Source of the DNA: an uncultured Elusimicrobia bacterium
GTDB lineage: Bacteria > Elusimicrobiota > Elusimicrobia > UBA1565 > UBA9628
Direction of reading: 5' to 3'
Assembly (NCBI GenBank): GCA_964623465.1
Contig: CAZURZ010000001.1
Span: 1,660-65,659, forward strand
DNA: 64,000 nucleotides
In this document: one piece after another, positions 22,765 to 32,625 of the stretch
How the letters are laid out: every line of letters begins with the position of its first letter
Numbering within the stretch: the first letter of the stretch is position 1
Translations under genes and position numbers: made by a program
Notes under the pieces: generated by a model
What the model was told of the DNA's origin: nothing
The model's input: the letters and a program-made list of their open reading frames with translations, nothing else
Database searches by the model: none

Positions 22765-23582
22765 CGAGAATACTCGCGGCGTCCCTGGCCGTCCTGGCGT
22801 GCGTCCCGGCGTCCGCCCAGTCCTTCGAGGCGCTGCGCGCCGCGGGAGACGCGGCCCTGCTGCAGGCGCTTCCCCTGGCCGTCCATCCCGACCTTCGCAA
22901 TCCCGGCCGCGAACCCGTTCTCCAGCCGCCCCTCGTTCCCCTGCCGATGAGGCCGGCCGCCCGGCAAGGAGCCGTCCTCGCCCGCGTCGCCCTGGCCTCG
23001 ATCGAGGAGAACTCCAAGCACGTGCTGACCCGCGTCTTCGGCGCGCGCTCCCTCGATCTCGGCGTCGCCTCCGACGCGGCGTTCAAGTCCTACTACCTGT
23101 CCTTCACGGACGCGAAGAACGCGACGACGCTCGCCCCCCTGGGAGATCTCAACCGCCTGCGCGGCAACGGAGTCGACGTCCGCATCGACGCCTCCACCGT
23201 CTACAACTTCAAGGTGTCGGTCAACGTGTTCAGCCCCGTGCGCGGCTCCACGCTGAAGATGACTCCCGTTCAGGGGACGCGCGGCCCGCAGAACGACGTG
23301 AAGACCGGCTCGGTCTTGGACGCGATCAAGGCCAAATCCGTGGTCTTCAAGGCCCGCGGACAGGAGCTGTGGCTGTTCTACGGCCGCGACGCCAAGCCGG
23401 ACGCCTCCGGGTACGCCGGCACGCGCAGCTTCTTGTTCATCAAGGAGGACGGCCTGTCGTCGAAGGCCTGGCCGCTGGCCGAGGCCGCCCTTCCCGCCGA
23501 CGCCTCCGCCGCCGTGGACCTGGGCGGCATCAAGCTCAATCTGACGCGCACCGCCGCCGGCGAGCTGATCATCCGCGAGTAG
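22761..23582 (+). CDS. hypothetical secreted protein
   Basis: ATG overlaps the upstream stop; signal peptide. Confidence 0.5.
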   Translation: MTRILAASLAVLACVPASAQSFEALRAAGDAALLQALPLAVHPDLRNPGREPVLQPPLVPLPMRPAARQGAVLARVALASIEENSKHVLTRVFGARSLDLGVASDAAFKSYYLSFTDAKNATTLAPLGDLNRLRGNGVDVRIDASTVYNFKVSVNVFSPVRGSTLKMTPVQGTRGPQNDVKTGSVLDAIKAKSVVFKARGQELWLFYGRDAKPDASGYAGTRSFLFIKEDGLSSKAWPLAEAALPADASAAVDLGGIKLNLTRTAAGELIIRE

Positions 23583-23615
23583 CCGTCCGGCGGCGCCGTT
23601 TCGTATCATCCCCCT

Positions 23616-25646
23616 ATGAAACAGCTCTTCCTGCTCGCCCTTCTTCCGCTCTGCTCGGCCGCCGCCCCGTTCGCGCCGGCTCCGTCCCTGCGCTACGAAC
23701 CCGCCCCGGGCGAGCTGATCGCGAACTGCCGCGCCGCCAAGAAAAGGGCCGAGTCCGCGCTCGAGGCGATCGTCCGCCTGCCCGCCTCCGCGCGCACGTT
23801 CGACAACACGCCCTGGGCGCTCGACCGGGCCGGCGCCGATCTCTCCGACGACACGGCCGCGGACACGTTCCTCAAGTACGTCTCCGTCTCGTCGGCCACG
23901 CGCCAGGAGGGCAACGAGTGCGAGACGCTGCTCGGACAGTTCTCCGTCGAGACCTACGCCCGCGAGGATCTCTACCGCGCCCTCAAGGAATACGCGGCCA
24001 AGGGCGAGGCGTTGAGCGGCGAATCCCGGCGCCTGCTCGACAAGGAGCTCCTCGATTTCAAGCGCTCCGGCCTGGAGCTCCCCAAGGAGAAGCGCGACCA
24101 GGTCACCGCCCTGCGCAAGAAGCTCGTCGAGCTCGAGGCGTCCTTCGGCAAGAACATCAACGAGCACAAGGACTACGCCCTGTTCGCCGCCGACGAGCTG
24201 ACGGGATTGCCCGACGATTTCGTCTCCCGGCTCGACAAGGTCGGCGACAAATGGAAGGTCGGACTGGATTATCCGGACTATTTCCCCTTCATGGAGAATT
24301 CCCTCAATCCGGCCGGCCGCCGCGTGCTGGAGGGGAAGTTCAACAACCGCGCCTCGGTGCAGAACCAGGCGATCCTGCGGGAGGTCCTGGATCTGCGCCT
24401 GAAGGCCGCGCGCCTGCTCGGCTACCCCACGCACGCCGCCTACGTGCTCGAGGACCGCATGGCGAAGGATCCTGCGACCGTCGCCGCGTTCATCTCGCGC
24501 CTGCGCGCCAAGCTCAAGCCCCTCGCGCTGGCCGAGCTCGCGACCCTGCGCGACCTCAAACGCGTGTTCGAGGGCCCCGACGCCGACCCGACGCTGCGCG
24601 CCTGGGACTGGCGCTTCTACGACAATCAGCTGAAGAAGGCCAAGTACTCGATCGACAGCCAGAAGATAAAGGAGTACTTCCCGGCCGACCTCGTCGCCGA
24701 CCAGATGCTCGCCGTTTATCAGAAGCTCCTCGGATTGAAGTTCCGGCGGATCGAAGACGCCGCCCTGTGGCACCCCGACGTGAAGCTCTACGAGATTTCC
24801 GACGCCTCGGGCGGAGAGCCGATCTCCTACTTCTACATGGACCTGTTCCCGCGCGAAGGGAAGTACAAGCACGCCGCGGCGTTCTCGCTGATCAGCGGCC
24901 GCGCCCTGCCCGACGGACGCTACAAGAAGCCGGTCTCGGCGATGGTCGCCAATTTCAACAAACCGGCCAAGAACACCCCCTCGCTCCTCACGCACGACGA
25001 GGTCGAGACCTTCTTCCACGAGTTCGGCCACATCATGCATCAGACTTTGACCAAGGCCCGCTACGGGCGCTTCTCGGGTTCGGCCACCGCCCGCGACTTC
25101 GTCGAGGCGCCGTCCCAGATGCTGGAGAACTGGGTGTGGGACGCCGAGGTCCTGAAGTCGCTCTCGGGCCACTACCAGGACCGCTCGAAGAAGCTTCCCA
25201 AGGAGCTGCTCGATCGGATGCTCGCGGCGAAGAACGTGAATTCCGGGCTCGTTCACCTGCGCCAGCTGCTCTTCGGCTCGGTCGACCAGTCCTATCACGG
25301 CAAACCGCCGTCCGACACGACCGCCGAGTACGCCCGCCTGGCCAAGCAGATATCCTTGATCCCGACCTCGGAGGGCACCCACCCGGAAGCCAGCTTCGGG
25401 CACCTCATGGGCTACGACGCCGGCTACTACGGCTACATGTGGTCGAAAGTGTACGCCGAGGACATGTTCTCCAAGTTCAAGTCCGAAGGCGTGCTGAATC
25501 CGGCGACCGGACGCCGCTACCGGACCGAGATCCTGGAGAAGGGCTCGTCGCGCGACGAAATGGAGTCCCTCAAGGCCTTCCTCGGACGCGAGCCGGGCGA
25601 GGACGCCTTCCTCGAGTCCATCGGCCTCAAACCGGGAAAAGGCTGA
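23616..25646 (+). CDS. M3-family oligopeptidase (thimet oligopeptidase / Dcp-like), secreted
   Basis: 676 aa; HEFGH zinc-binding motif in an M3A context; signal peptide. Confidence 0.85.
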   Translation: MKQLFLLALLPLCSAAAPFAPAPSLRYEPAPGELIANCRAAKKRAESALEAIVRLPASARTFDNTPWALDRAGADLSDDTAADTFLKYVSVSSATRQEGNECETLLGQFSVETYAREDLYRALKEYAAKGEALSGESRRLLDKELLDFKRSGLELPKEKRDQVTALRKKLVELEASFGKNINEHKDYALFAADELTGLPDDFVSRLDKVGDKWKVGLDYPDYFPFMENSLNPAGRRVLEGKFNNRASVQNQAILREVLDLRLKAARLLGYPTHAAYVLEDRMAKDPATVAAFISRLRAKLKPLALAELATLRDLKRVFEGPDADPTLRAWDWRFYDNQLKKAKYSIDSQKIKEYFPADLVADQMLAVYQKLLGLKFRRIEDAALWHPDVKLYEISDASGGEPISYFYMDLFPREGKYKHAAAFSLISGRALPDGRYKKPVSAMVANFNKPAKNTPSLLTHDEVETFFHEFGHIMHQTLTKARYGRFSGSATARDFVEAPSQMLENWVWDAEVLKSLSGHYQDRSKKLPKELLDRMLAAKNVNSGLVHLRQLLFGSVDQSYHGKPPSDTTAEYARLAKQISLIPTSEGTHPEASFGHLMGYDAGYYGYMWSKVYAEDMFSKFKSEGVLNPATGRRYRTEILEKGSSRDEMESLKAFLGREPGEDAFLESIGLKPGKG

Positions 25647-25707
25647 CTTAACCGAGGTTAAGCCGCGGGGCTTGACGCGGCCCCGTTCCGGGTCCATACT
25701 GCTCTCC

Positions 25708-26796
25708 GTGAACCCGAACAACCTCCTCCGCGTCGCTCTCGCCGCGCTCATCGCCGTCCCCGCCGGCCCGCTCTGGGCTCAGGACTACGGCGAGAAGGAC
25801 AAGAAGAAGGCGGAGGAGCTCGCCTCCGCCGACAAGGACTTCAAGTCCCTCCCCGAGGACGAGAAGGAGGCCGTGATCATCTTCATCGCGCGGGAGATCC
25901 ACGGACGCCGCCGCAAGGCGATCGGGGCCGCCATCACGAACATGAAGGGCGCCGACGTCGAAACGCTCAAGAAGAAGGCGAACAAGAGCCACATCGTCGT
26001 CGCCGAGCAGGACAAGGAGGCGGTGAACGTCCCTCCCGGGCCGAGCGTGATCGAGGTCAAGAGCATCGATACGCCCTCTTTCGGCCGCCTCTTCAAGGAC
26101 AACGAGTGGACCGTCGACGAGGGCTCGGCCGAGGCCGCCCAGCTCAAGCAGACCGTCGACAACATCGTCGACACCCTCAAGAAGACGAACGGCCGTCTCG
26201 TCGCCATGCACGTCGAGTCGTCCGCGAGCACGCTGCGTAACACCGGCAAGGCGGCGAAGATGACGCACCTCGAGCTGTCCAAGGCCCGCGCCGAGGCGGC
26301 CGCGCGCTTCGCGCTCGATTACCTGAAGAGCAAGGGTTACGTTCTCGACGAAGAAGAGCAGGTCACGCTCGACTTCGAGGGCTCGAACAAGAACGGCACC
26401 TCCGGCCCGTCCAGCCCCTACGCGGTCCCGGACGGCGACGATCCGAAGTACAACCCCAAGGGCTGCTGCGAACCCCCCAAGGAAGCCAAGGACGTCGTCG
26501 AGAAGATCGTAAAGGGGACAGCGACGTCCGAGGAGAAGGCCAAGCTCGCCGCCTTCTACGACGATCACAAGTACGTCCAGCTGACCTTCGACGCGCTGTT
26601 CGAAACCAAGAGTTCCAATCCCGGCGTGAACACGCCTGGCGAGGCGCACGTCGTCCAAGCTTGGGTCAACTACAAGGAAAAACCGAAGTTCCCGCGGATC
26701 CGCATCCGCATCCCGAGAATCCACATCGGCTGGCCGTTCGGAAACAAAGAGAAGCGCCGGGCCCGGCGTCAGACCCGCTGCCCGAAGTGGAAATAG
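25708..26796 (+). CDS. hypothetical Lys/Glu-rich secreted protein
   Basis: GTG start 7 nt after TTGACG-17-CATACT (leaderless candidate); signal peptide; locally lower GC. Confidence 0.45.
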   Translation: MNPNNLLRVALAALIAVPAGPLWAQDYGEKDKKKAEELASADKDFKSLPEDEKEAVIIFIAREIHGRRRKAIGAAITNMKGADVETLKKKANKSHIVVAEQDKEAVNVPPGPSVIEVKSIDTPSFGRLFKDNEWTVDEGSAEAAQLKQTVDNIVDTLKKTNGRLVAMHVESSASTLRNTGKAAKMTHLELSKARAEAAARFALDYLKSKGYVLDEEEQVTLDFEGSNKNGTSGPSSPYAVPDGDDPKYNPKGCCEPPKEAKDVVEKIVKGTATSEEKAKLAAFYDDHKYVQLTFDALFETKSSNPGVNTPGEAHVVQAWVNYKEKPKFPRIRIRIPRIHIGWPFGNKEKRRARRQTRCPKWK

Positions 26797-26809
26797 GCGA
26801 GGCGCCTGA

Positions 26810-28087
26810 TTGCTGACTTTGCTGGCGGCCCTGCTGTTCTCCGGGCCGCCGGCCGCGCGGGCGGAGGACGCCCCCCCGCCCGCCGCGGCGGAGGATTCCC
26901 GCGACGCCAACCACGACGGCACGGTGAGCGGCAAGGAACGCCGGCGCGCCAGGCGCTCCGAGCGCCGGGCCCGCCGCGGAGAGAAAAACGCCTCGGGCGA
27001 AACCGCCGTCGACGAGGAGCAGGACGCCGCCGACGCCGAAGAGTCGGCGGAACGCGGACGCAGCGCCTCCGGCGCGGCGGCCGGCGCGGCGGCCGCGCTC
27101 AAAAGCTCCATGCCCTCGCTGGATGCCGCCGCGATGCCGCCGGGAGCGGGTGGAACGGGCGGCCCGCCCGCGTCTCCCGGCGCTCCGCAACCGGGCGACC
27201 CCGCCGCCAAGGCCGCCGGGGGTTCCGCGGCCCTCGGAAGCGGCGGCGCGGCAGCCGGGGGCTTCAAGCCCTCGGCCCACAGCGCCGGAGCCAGCGGCGA
27301 CCCCGGCAAACCCAGGGCGCCTTCCGACTTCGTGCTGGCGGCCCGTTCCGGCTACGCGCCCGCTTTCGCGTCCGCGGGCCTGAAGCTCTCCGCAGACGGA
27401 CGCTCGATCGTGCGCCTCGACGGCTCCCCCGCCTCCGCCGACGACTACACGCGTCTGCAGCGCGAGATATCCGCGATGCCCGCCGCCTTGGGCCGCCGGC
27501 CCGACTTCTTCAACGCGATCAGCCCGGAGCGTTACGCCGATCTCAAGGGCGAGTACAAGACGAACAAGGACGATCCGAACTTCAAGGACGTGGGAACCAC
27601 CGAGGGGGACCGCGACTTCGTCCATACCGCGAGTTGCGACAGACTCTCCGGGGACTGCAACAAGAACGTCGAGAAGGGCGGCTACAAGAAGGGCGAGTAC
27701 GTGGCGCCCGAGGACCTGGACGCGATGTGGAACGCCCTGCAGAAGCAGATCGACGGCTCCTCCGCCGCCGAGGACGGGATGAGCCTCTCCGCCAAGGGCG
27801 AGACCCTCGCGCGCGAGACGGCCGTCGAGGCCGCCGAGGCGATCTCCGGGGAAAAAAACCGTCCGGCCGCGGCGCGGGCCGCGGCTGCCGGGACCGCGGA
27901 GGCGTCGCCGGCGGCCGCGGCCGTCGCGCAGGCGGTCGCGGCCGCGCGGAACGTCTTTCGCGGCGCCATGACGATCGCCCGGCCCGGGAGAGGCGCCGAG
28001 GGCGGAGCGGACCGGAGCGCGCTCGCCGTCGCCGCCGCCGTCCTGGGGGCGCTCGCCGCCGGCGTCCTGTTGCTGCGCCGCCGATAG
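26810..28087 (+). CDS. hypothetical Ala/Gly-rich secreted protein with a C-terminal hydrophobic anchor followed by RRR
   Basis: TTG start with signal peptide; low-complexity N-terminal half; C-terminus ...EGGADRSALAVAAAVLGALAAGVLLLRRR. Confidence 0.5.
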   Translation: MLTLLAALLFSGPPAARAEDAPPPAAAEDSRDANHDGTVSGKERRRARRSERRARRGEKNASGETAVDEEQDAADAEESAERGRSASGAAAGAAAALKSSMPSLDAAAMPPGAGGTGGPPASPGAPQPGDPAAKAAGGSAALGSGGAAAGGFKPSAHSAGASGDPGKPRAPSDFVLAARSGYAPAFASAGLKLSADGRSIVRLDGSPASADDYTRLQREISAMPAALGRRPDFFNAISPERYADLKGEYKTNKDDPNFKDVGTTEGDRDFVHTASCDRLSGDCNKNVEKGGYKKGEYVAPEDLDAMWNALQKQIDGSSAAEDGMSLSAKGETLARETAVEAAEAISGEKNRPAAARAAAAGTAEASPAAAAVAQAVAAARNVFRGAMTIARPGRGAEGGADRSALAVAAAVLGALAAGVLLLRRR

Positions 28088-28099
28088 CCCCTATACGCA

Positions 28100-28115
28100 C
28101 ATGACGGCCGTCATG
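28100..28115 (+). promoter_or_regulatory. perfect 16-bp palindrome CATGACGGCCGTCATG (candidate operator)
   Basis: Exact dyad symmetry 36 nt upstream of the first gene of the folE operon, overlapping the expected -35 region. Confidence 0.4.
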
Positions 28116-28151
28116 GCGCGAACGCGCCTCCTTGCTCTACAATGGGATAGG

Positions 28152-29564
28152 ATGCTCGATCTTCTCTTGATAAACGGCCGCGTAATCGCCTCGGACCGGG
28201 TCATCGAGGACGCCGCGGTCGGCGTGCGCGACGGCAAGATCGTCGCGGTCGGTCCGGAGCGCGAACTTGGGACCGCCCGGCGCGTCATCGACCTGGACGG
28301 CAAGGCCTTGTTTCCCGGCATGTTCGACCCCCATTGCCACCTGGGCAGCGGCGACGAGCGCACGTACGAGTACATGGCCTCCAGCTTCGAGAAGGACACG
28401 CGGGACTTCCTCATCGGCGGCGTGACGTCGATGGCCACGACGACGGTGCTCACTCGCGACCCGCTCGTCGAGAACCTGCGCCGCTCCCGCGAAGCCGCGA
28501 AGGGGCGCTCGCGCGTCGACTTCCGCTTGACGAGCGTCATCCTCACCGACGAGCACGTGGATCAGATTCCCGCGGCCGTCGCGGACGGCGTCCTGTCCTT
28601 CAAGTTCTACTGCGGCTACTGCGGCGACCAGGCCGAGCGCATGGGCATGAACCGCGACGGGGTGCCGCCCGACATGTTCTACCGCGCCTGCGAAAACTCC
28701 GTGAAGGCCGATCCCCGCGCGCTGATGATGATCCACGCCGAGGAGCCGCACGTCCGGCGCATGCTGGGCCAGCGGCTCAAAGCGTCGGGACGCGAGGACC
28801 TCGTGGCGTGGGCCGAGCACAGCCCGCAATGGTCGGAGTCCGTTCAGGTGGCGCTGTACGGCGAGATCGCTCACGAGACGAAGGCGAAGCTCTACGTCGT
28901 GCACATCTCCCGCGCGCCGACCGTGGACATGATCGAGTATCTGCGCTCGCGCGGCCACGTCATCATCGGGGAGACGCTCTCGGTCTTCCTCTCGACCACG
29001 GCGCAGGACCGCCACGCCGCCGGCGCCGGGCTGAAAGCGAAGATCCAGCCGCCGATCCGCTTCCAGGAGGATCAGGACCGCCTGTGGCGCGGACTCAAGG
29101 AAGGCTCGCTCACCGCGATCGGCACGGACACGATCCCCTACACCTCCAAGTACAAGAGCAAGGCGCCCTTCTGGGAGGCGCGCCCCGGCCTCAACATCCA
29201 GACCATCGACACTTTGCCGCTTCTGCTCACCGAGGGGTACCGCAAGGGCCGCGCCGACCTGCCCACGCTCGCGCGCGCCCTCGCCGAGAACCCGGCGCGC
29301 TACTTCGGCGCCGGAGACCGCAAGGGCCGGATCGCGCCGGGATTCGACGCCGATTTCGCGGTGATCGATCTCGACAAGCGCGCCGTGCTCGGGCACGCCC
29401 GCATGCGCGGCGGCTCCGACTATTCGATCTGGGAAGGCAAGGAGGTCACGGGCATGCCGGTGATGACGATCCTGCGCGGACGGGTGGTCTGCGAGAACGG
29501 GGAAATCGTGGGCGAGGCGGACGGCGCCTATCTCCCTCCCGAGCGCGCCGGAGTCGCGCGATGA
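28152..29564 (+). CDS. cyclic amidohydrolase (dihydropyrimidinase/hydantoinase-like, amidohydrolase superfamily)
   Basis: 471 aa; N-terminal LLINGRV...DLDGKALFPGMFDPHCHLG metal-binding motif typical of the DHPase/hydantoinase family. Confidence 0.8.
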   Translation: MLDLLLINGRVIASDRVIEDAAVGVRDGKIVAVGPERELGTARRVIDLDGKALFPGMFDPHCHLGSGDERTYEYMASSFEKDTRDFLIGGVTSMATTTVLTRDPLVENLRRSREAAKGRSRVDFRLTSVILTDEHVDQIPAAVADGVLSFKFYCGYCGDQAERMGMNRDGVPPDMFYRACENSVKADPRALMMIHAEEPHVRRMLGQRLKASGREDLVAWAEHSPQWSESVQVALYGEIAHETKAKLYVVHISRAPTVDMIEYLRSRGHVIIGETLSVFLSTTAQDRHAAGAGLKAKIQPPIRFQEDQDRLWRGLKEGSLTAIGTDTIPYTSKYKSKAPFWEARPGLNIQTIDTLPLLLTEGYRKGRADLPTLARALAENPARYFGAGDRKGRIAPGFDADFAVIDLDKRAVLGHARMRGGSDYSIWEGKEVTGMPVMTILRGRVVCENGEIVGEADGAYLPPERAGVAR

Positions 29565-30076
29565 GCGCCCCGCTGCGCTTCGGAAGCCGCAAGCTCGTGC
29601 TGGCCGTCACCGGCCGTCGGGGCGACAGCCCGAAGTGGAACGCGGAACAGGCCGCCGCCGCGAAGGCCGCGGGACGCGTCGCGGCCGGCCTCGGGCTGAC
29701 CGTGCTCACCGGAGGGCTCTCCGGCGTCATGGAGCACGCCGCGGCCGGAGCCAAGGCCGCGGGCGGCGAAACGCTCGGCATCCTGCCCGGCGGCAAGCAC
29801 GACGACGGCAACCCCTACCTCGATCTGGTCCTGCCGTCCGGCCTCGGCATCGCGCGCAACGTCCTGGTGGCCAGCGCCTGCGACTTCATGCTGGCCCTGC
29901 CCGGCGGCACCGGCACGCTCGAGGAACTCTGCTTCGCCGCCGATTTCGGACGCCCGTCGCTGTCGTGGGGAAGCTGGGACCTCGAAGGCGTGAGGAAGGT
30001 CCCTTTCCCGGACGAAGCCGCTCTCGAGAAGGCCCTGCGCGAGCTCGTCGACGCGAAGCTGAACGCCAAGCCCTGA
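29561..30076 (+). CDS. LOG-family / TIGR00725-like Rossmann-fold nucleotide-binding protein
   Basis: 171 aa; VTGRRG...LTGGLSGVMEHAAAGA...PGGTGTLEE motifs of the LOG superfamily (a family that includes the pterin-binding MoCo carrier protein); ATGA overlap with the upstream gene. Confidence 0.65.
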   Translation: MSAPLRFGSRKLVLAVTGRRGDSPKWNAEQAAAAKAAGRVAAGLGLTVLTGGLSGVMEHAAAGAKAAGGETLGILPGGKHDDGNPYLDLVLPSGLGIARNVLVASACDFMLALPGGTGTLEELCFAADFGRPSLSWGSWDLEGVRKVPFPDEAALEKALRELVDAKLNAKP

Positions 30077-30087
30077 GGAGAACGCCC

Positions 30088-30714
30088 ATGGAGATGCCCG
30101 TCGGCAAGCCGCTGTCGCCCAAGTCCGTCTCGATCGGAGAGATCGAGGACGGCATCCGTCGCGTCCTGCTCGGCCTGGGCCAAGGCGAGAAGGCCGAGGT
30201 CATGGCCAACACGCCGCGCCGCGTCGCGGAGATGTACCAGGACATCATCAACGCCCCGTGGTGCGACATCGAGATCCCGTGGAAGTGCTTCCCGAACAAG
30301 GACGCCGACGGCAAGAAGCTGATGGACGACCTGGTCATCGTCACCGACTGCCATTACGTCAGCCTGTGCGAGCACCACCTCGCCCCGGCTCTGGGCATCG
30401 CGCACTTCGCGTATTACCCCGACGAGAAGATCACGGGCTACTCGAAGATCAAGAAGGGCCTGAACTACCTCGCGCGCCAGCCCCAGCTCAACGAGCGCCT
30501 GCTCAAGCAGACGCTCGACGTCGTCGAGAGCGTGCTCGAGCCCAAGGGCTGCGCCCTCGTTCTCCAGTCGACCCACACCTGCCTGACCTGCAAGTCGAAC
30601 TCGCCGGCGCAGGAGGTCGTGACGGTCCAAGGCTTCCGCGGAATCCTGAAGGACGATCCCTACCGGCGCGAGTTCCTCGCGACCGCGTACGGCAAGCGGC
30701 CGGTGTTCGGATGA
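30088..30714 (+). CDS. folE: GTP cyclohydrolase I (type 1)
   Basis: 208 aa; NTPRRVAEMYQDI, CEHHLAP and QSTHTC motifs typical of FolE; GAGGAG ribosome-binding site. Confidence 0.85.
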   Translation: MEMPVGKPLSPKSVSIGEIEDGIRRVLLGLGQGEKAEVMANTPRRVAEMYQDIINAPWCDIEIPWKCFPNKDADGKKLMDDLVIVTDCHYVSLCEHHLAPALGIAHFAYYPDEKITGYSKIKKGLNYLARQPQLNERLLKQTLDVVESVLEPKGCALVLQSTHTCLTCKSNSPAQEVVTVQGFRGILKDDPYRREFLATAYGKRPVFG

Positions 30715-30974
30715 GCGAGAGCGAGGCGCTGGCCGCTCGCCTGCGCCAGTCCATCCAAGGCTGCACCTTGCACCTGCATGGGCCGGTGCAGGCGTGGGCT
30801 TCCATCGAGGAGGCCCGCGCCCGCGGCGTGCGCGCCGAGGACGTCGCGCGCCACGCCGTCGAGGCCTGCACGAAGCGCATCGCCGAACTGAAGGCCGAGG
30901 GGGTCTCCGGCGACGACCCGCGCGTGCGCAAGGAAGAGCTCACGCGCGCCTTCATCGAGAGGATCCTGCGGTGA
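30711..30974 (+). CDS. small hypothetical protein (87 aa)
   Basis: Translationally coupled (ATGA) between folE and the bicupin gene. Confidence 0.45.
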   Translation: MSESEALAARLRQSIQGCTLHLHGPVQAWASIEEARARGVRAEDVARHAVEACTKRIAELKAEGVSGDDPRVRKEELTRAFIERILR

Positions 30975-32011
30975 GCGACCAGGCCCGGCGCGACGCCTTC
31001 CACGCCAAGCTCCGCGCGCTCGAGCTGCGGGAGGGTTACGACTACGACGACGGCAAGGGCTTCGTCACCCGTCCGTACTGGCCGCTCCAGCCCGGCAACA
31101 AGATGAAGCCGCACCTCTGGCGCTGGCGCGACGTGCGCGAGGTCGTCGTCGAATGCGGCGAGATGGTCGGGCTCGGACACGGGACGAAGAAATACGACCG
31201 CCGCGTGCTCGCGCTGACCAATCCCGGCGCCGACGGCGACTTCACGATGACCGGCCCCCTCTTCGGCGACATCCAGCTCATCCGCCCCGGAGAGCGCGCC
31301 CCCTGCCACCGCCACACGCCGTGCGCCACGCGCTTCATCCTCGAGGGCTCCGGCGGCTGGACGAGCGTCGCCGGCGAGCGCGTGCGCGTGAAGCCGGGCG
31401 ACGTCCTCTACACCGGCCAGTTCCCGTGGCACGACCACGGCAACGACGGGACCGACGACTTCATCTTCCTCGACGTGCTCGACATCCCCCTGCTGTTCTT
31501 CACGGGCACCTCCGCCTGGGAATTCGACTACGAGCGCGTCACGGGCAGCAAGGACGTCGTGAACCAGCCGGCGAAGGACGCCGACCCGCGCCGCGCGCCC
31601 ACCGCCGACCTCGCCCATCTGTCCTGGGCCGAGGCGCGGCGGACTCTGGAGAAGACCGCGGAGCTCGAGCTCGCGGGTCCCGGAGGCGGCTCCTCCGGTC
31701 CGACCGTCTCGATCCGCGCCCGCCGGATCGCTCCCGGCGAGAAGACCCTTTCCGTCCGCCGCACGGGCTCCTTCGCCTACGTCTGCGCCGAGGGTTCCGG
31801 CACGGTCCGAGCCGGCGACGAGACGTTCGAGGTCGGTCCGCGCGACATCTTCGTGATCCCGAGCTGGGCCTGGCACTCCTTCGAAAGCGAGAAAGGGATG
31901 TGCCTCCAGTCGATCAGCGACCTCCCTCTCATCCGGAAGATGCGCCTGTTCCGCGAGCAGCGCCGGGCCGCCGACGGGACGATCTCCGACACGGGGTGGA
32001 GCGGCGAATGA
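30971..32011 (+). CDS. bicupin dioxygenase of the gentisate 1,2-dioxygenase family
   Basis: 346 aa; PGERAPCHRHTPCATRFILEG and FPWHDHGNDG motifs match the GDO cupin signatures; second cupin domain at the C-terminus. Confidence 0.75.
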   Translation: MSDQARRDAFHAKLRALELREGYDYDDGKGFVTRPYWPLQPGNKMKPHLWRWRDVREVVVECGEMVGLGHGTKKYDRRVLALTNPGADGDFTMTGPLFGDIQLIRPGERAPCHRHTPCATRFILEGSGGWTSVAGERVRVKPGDVLYTGQFPWHDHGNDGTDDFIFLDVLDIPLLFFTGTSAWEFDYERVTGSKDVVNQPAKDADPRRAPTADLAHLSWAEARRTLEKTAELELAGPGGGSSGPTVSIRARRIAPGEKTLSVRRTGSFAYVCAEGSGTVRAGDETFEVGPRDIFVIPSWAWHSFESEKGMCLQSISDLPLIRKMRLFREQRRAADGTISDTGWSGE

Positions 32012-32625
32012 GCGCGATCAAGTTCAAGCCGTCGGAGTGCGCCCTGCTCGTCGTCGACATGCAGAACGGATTCGTGCATCCCGACAGCGCGATGGGCCGC
32101 TCCCGCTCGGGCACGAAAGCCCAGCGCAAGATCGTGCCCGCGATCGTCTCGCTGGCCGCCGCCTGCCGCGAGGCCGGAGTCCCCGTGCTCTGGACGAAGC
32201 AGGAGCACTTCCCCGGAGACGTCACGCGCGCGCGCAAGAGGATCCGGCCGCACTCGGCTCGCCAAGGCTTCCTGCCCTGCCTGCGCGGGACCTGGGAGAC
32301 GGAGTTCTATCCCGAGATCGGAAGCGCGGTCTCCCCCGAGGATCACGTCGTTCCCAAGCACCGCGCCTCCGCGTTCTACGACACGAACCTCGAGACGAAG
32401 CTGCGCATGCTCGGCACGCGCTGCCTCGCGATCGCCGGCTGCAACACCGAGTTCTGCGTCGAGAGCACGGTGCGCGACGCCTACGCGCGCGATTTCGAGC
32501 TCGTGATCCTGCGCGACTGCGTCGCGGGAATCGACCCGAGGTTCCACGCGCACTCGCTCGCGGTCTTCCAGGCGTACTTCGGCGAGGTCGTCGTCTCCGC
32601 GGCGTTCCGGAGGATGTTGAAGTGA
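32008..32625 (+). CDS. isochorismatase-family cysteine hydrolase (amidase-type)
   Basis: 205 aa; LLVVDMQNGF...AGCNTEFCVESTVRDA motif with the catalytic Cys; ATGA coupling. Confidence 0.75.
   Translation: MSAIKFKPSECALLVVDMQNGFVHPDSAMGRSRSGTKAQRKIVPAIVSLAAACREAGVPVLWTKQEHFPGDVTRARKRIRPHSARQGFLPCLRGTWETEFYPEIGSAVSPEDHVVPKHRASAFYDTNLETKLRMLGTRCLAIAGCNTEFCVESTVRDAYARDFELVILRDCVAGIDPRFHAHSLAVFQAYFGEVVVSAAFRRMLK

Noticed and set aside
22665-25751. 1028-aa minus-strand ORF
   Set aside because: Antisense to the M3 peptidase and its neighbours, low-complexity composition, no recognisable domains
28101-28151. Upstream ATG (28101) start for the amidohydrolase
   Set aside because: It lies inside the 16-bp palindrome and adds a non-homologous 17-aa extension, whereas hydantoinase-family proteins begin with the LLINGRV-type motif found at ATG 28152
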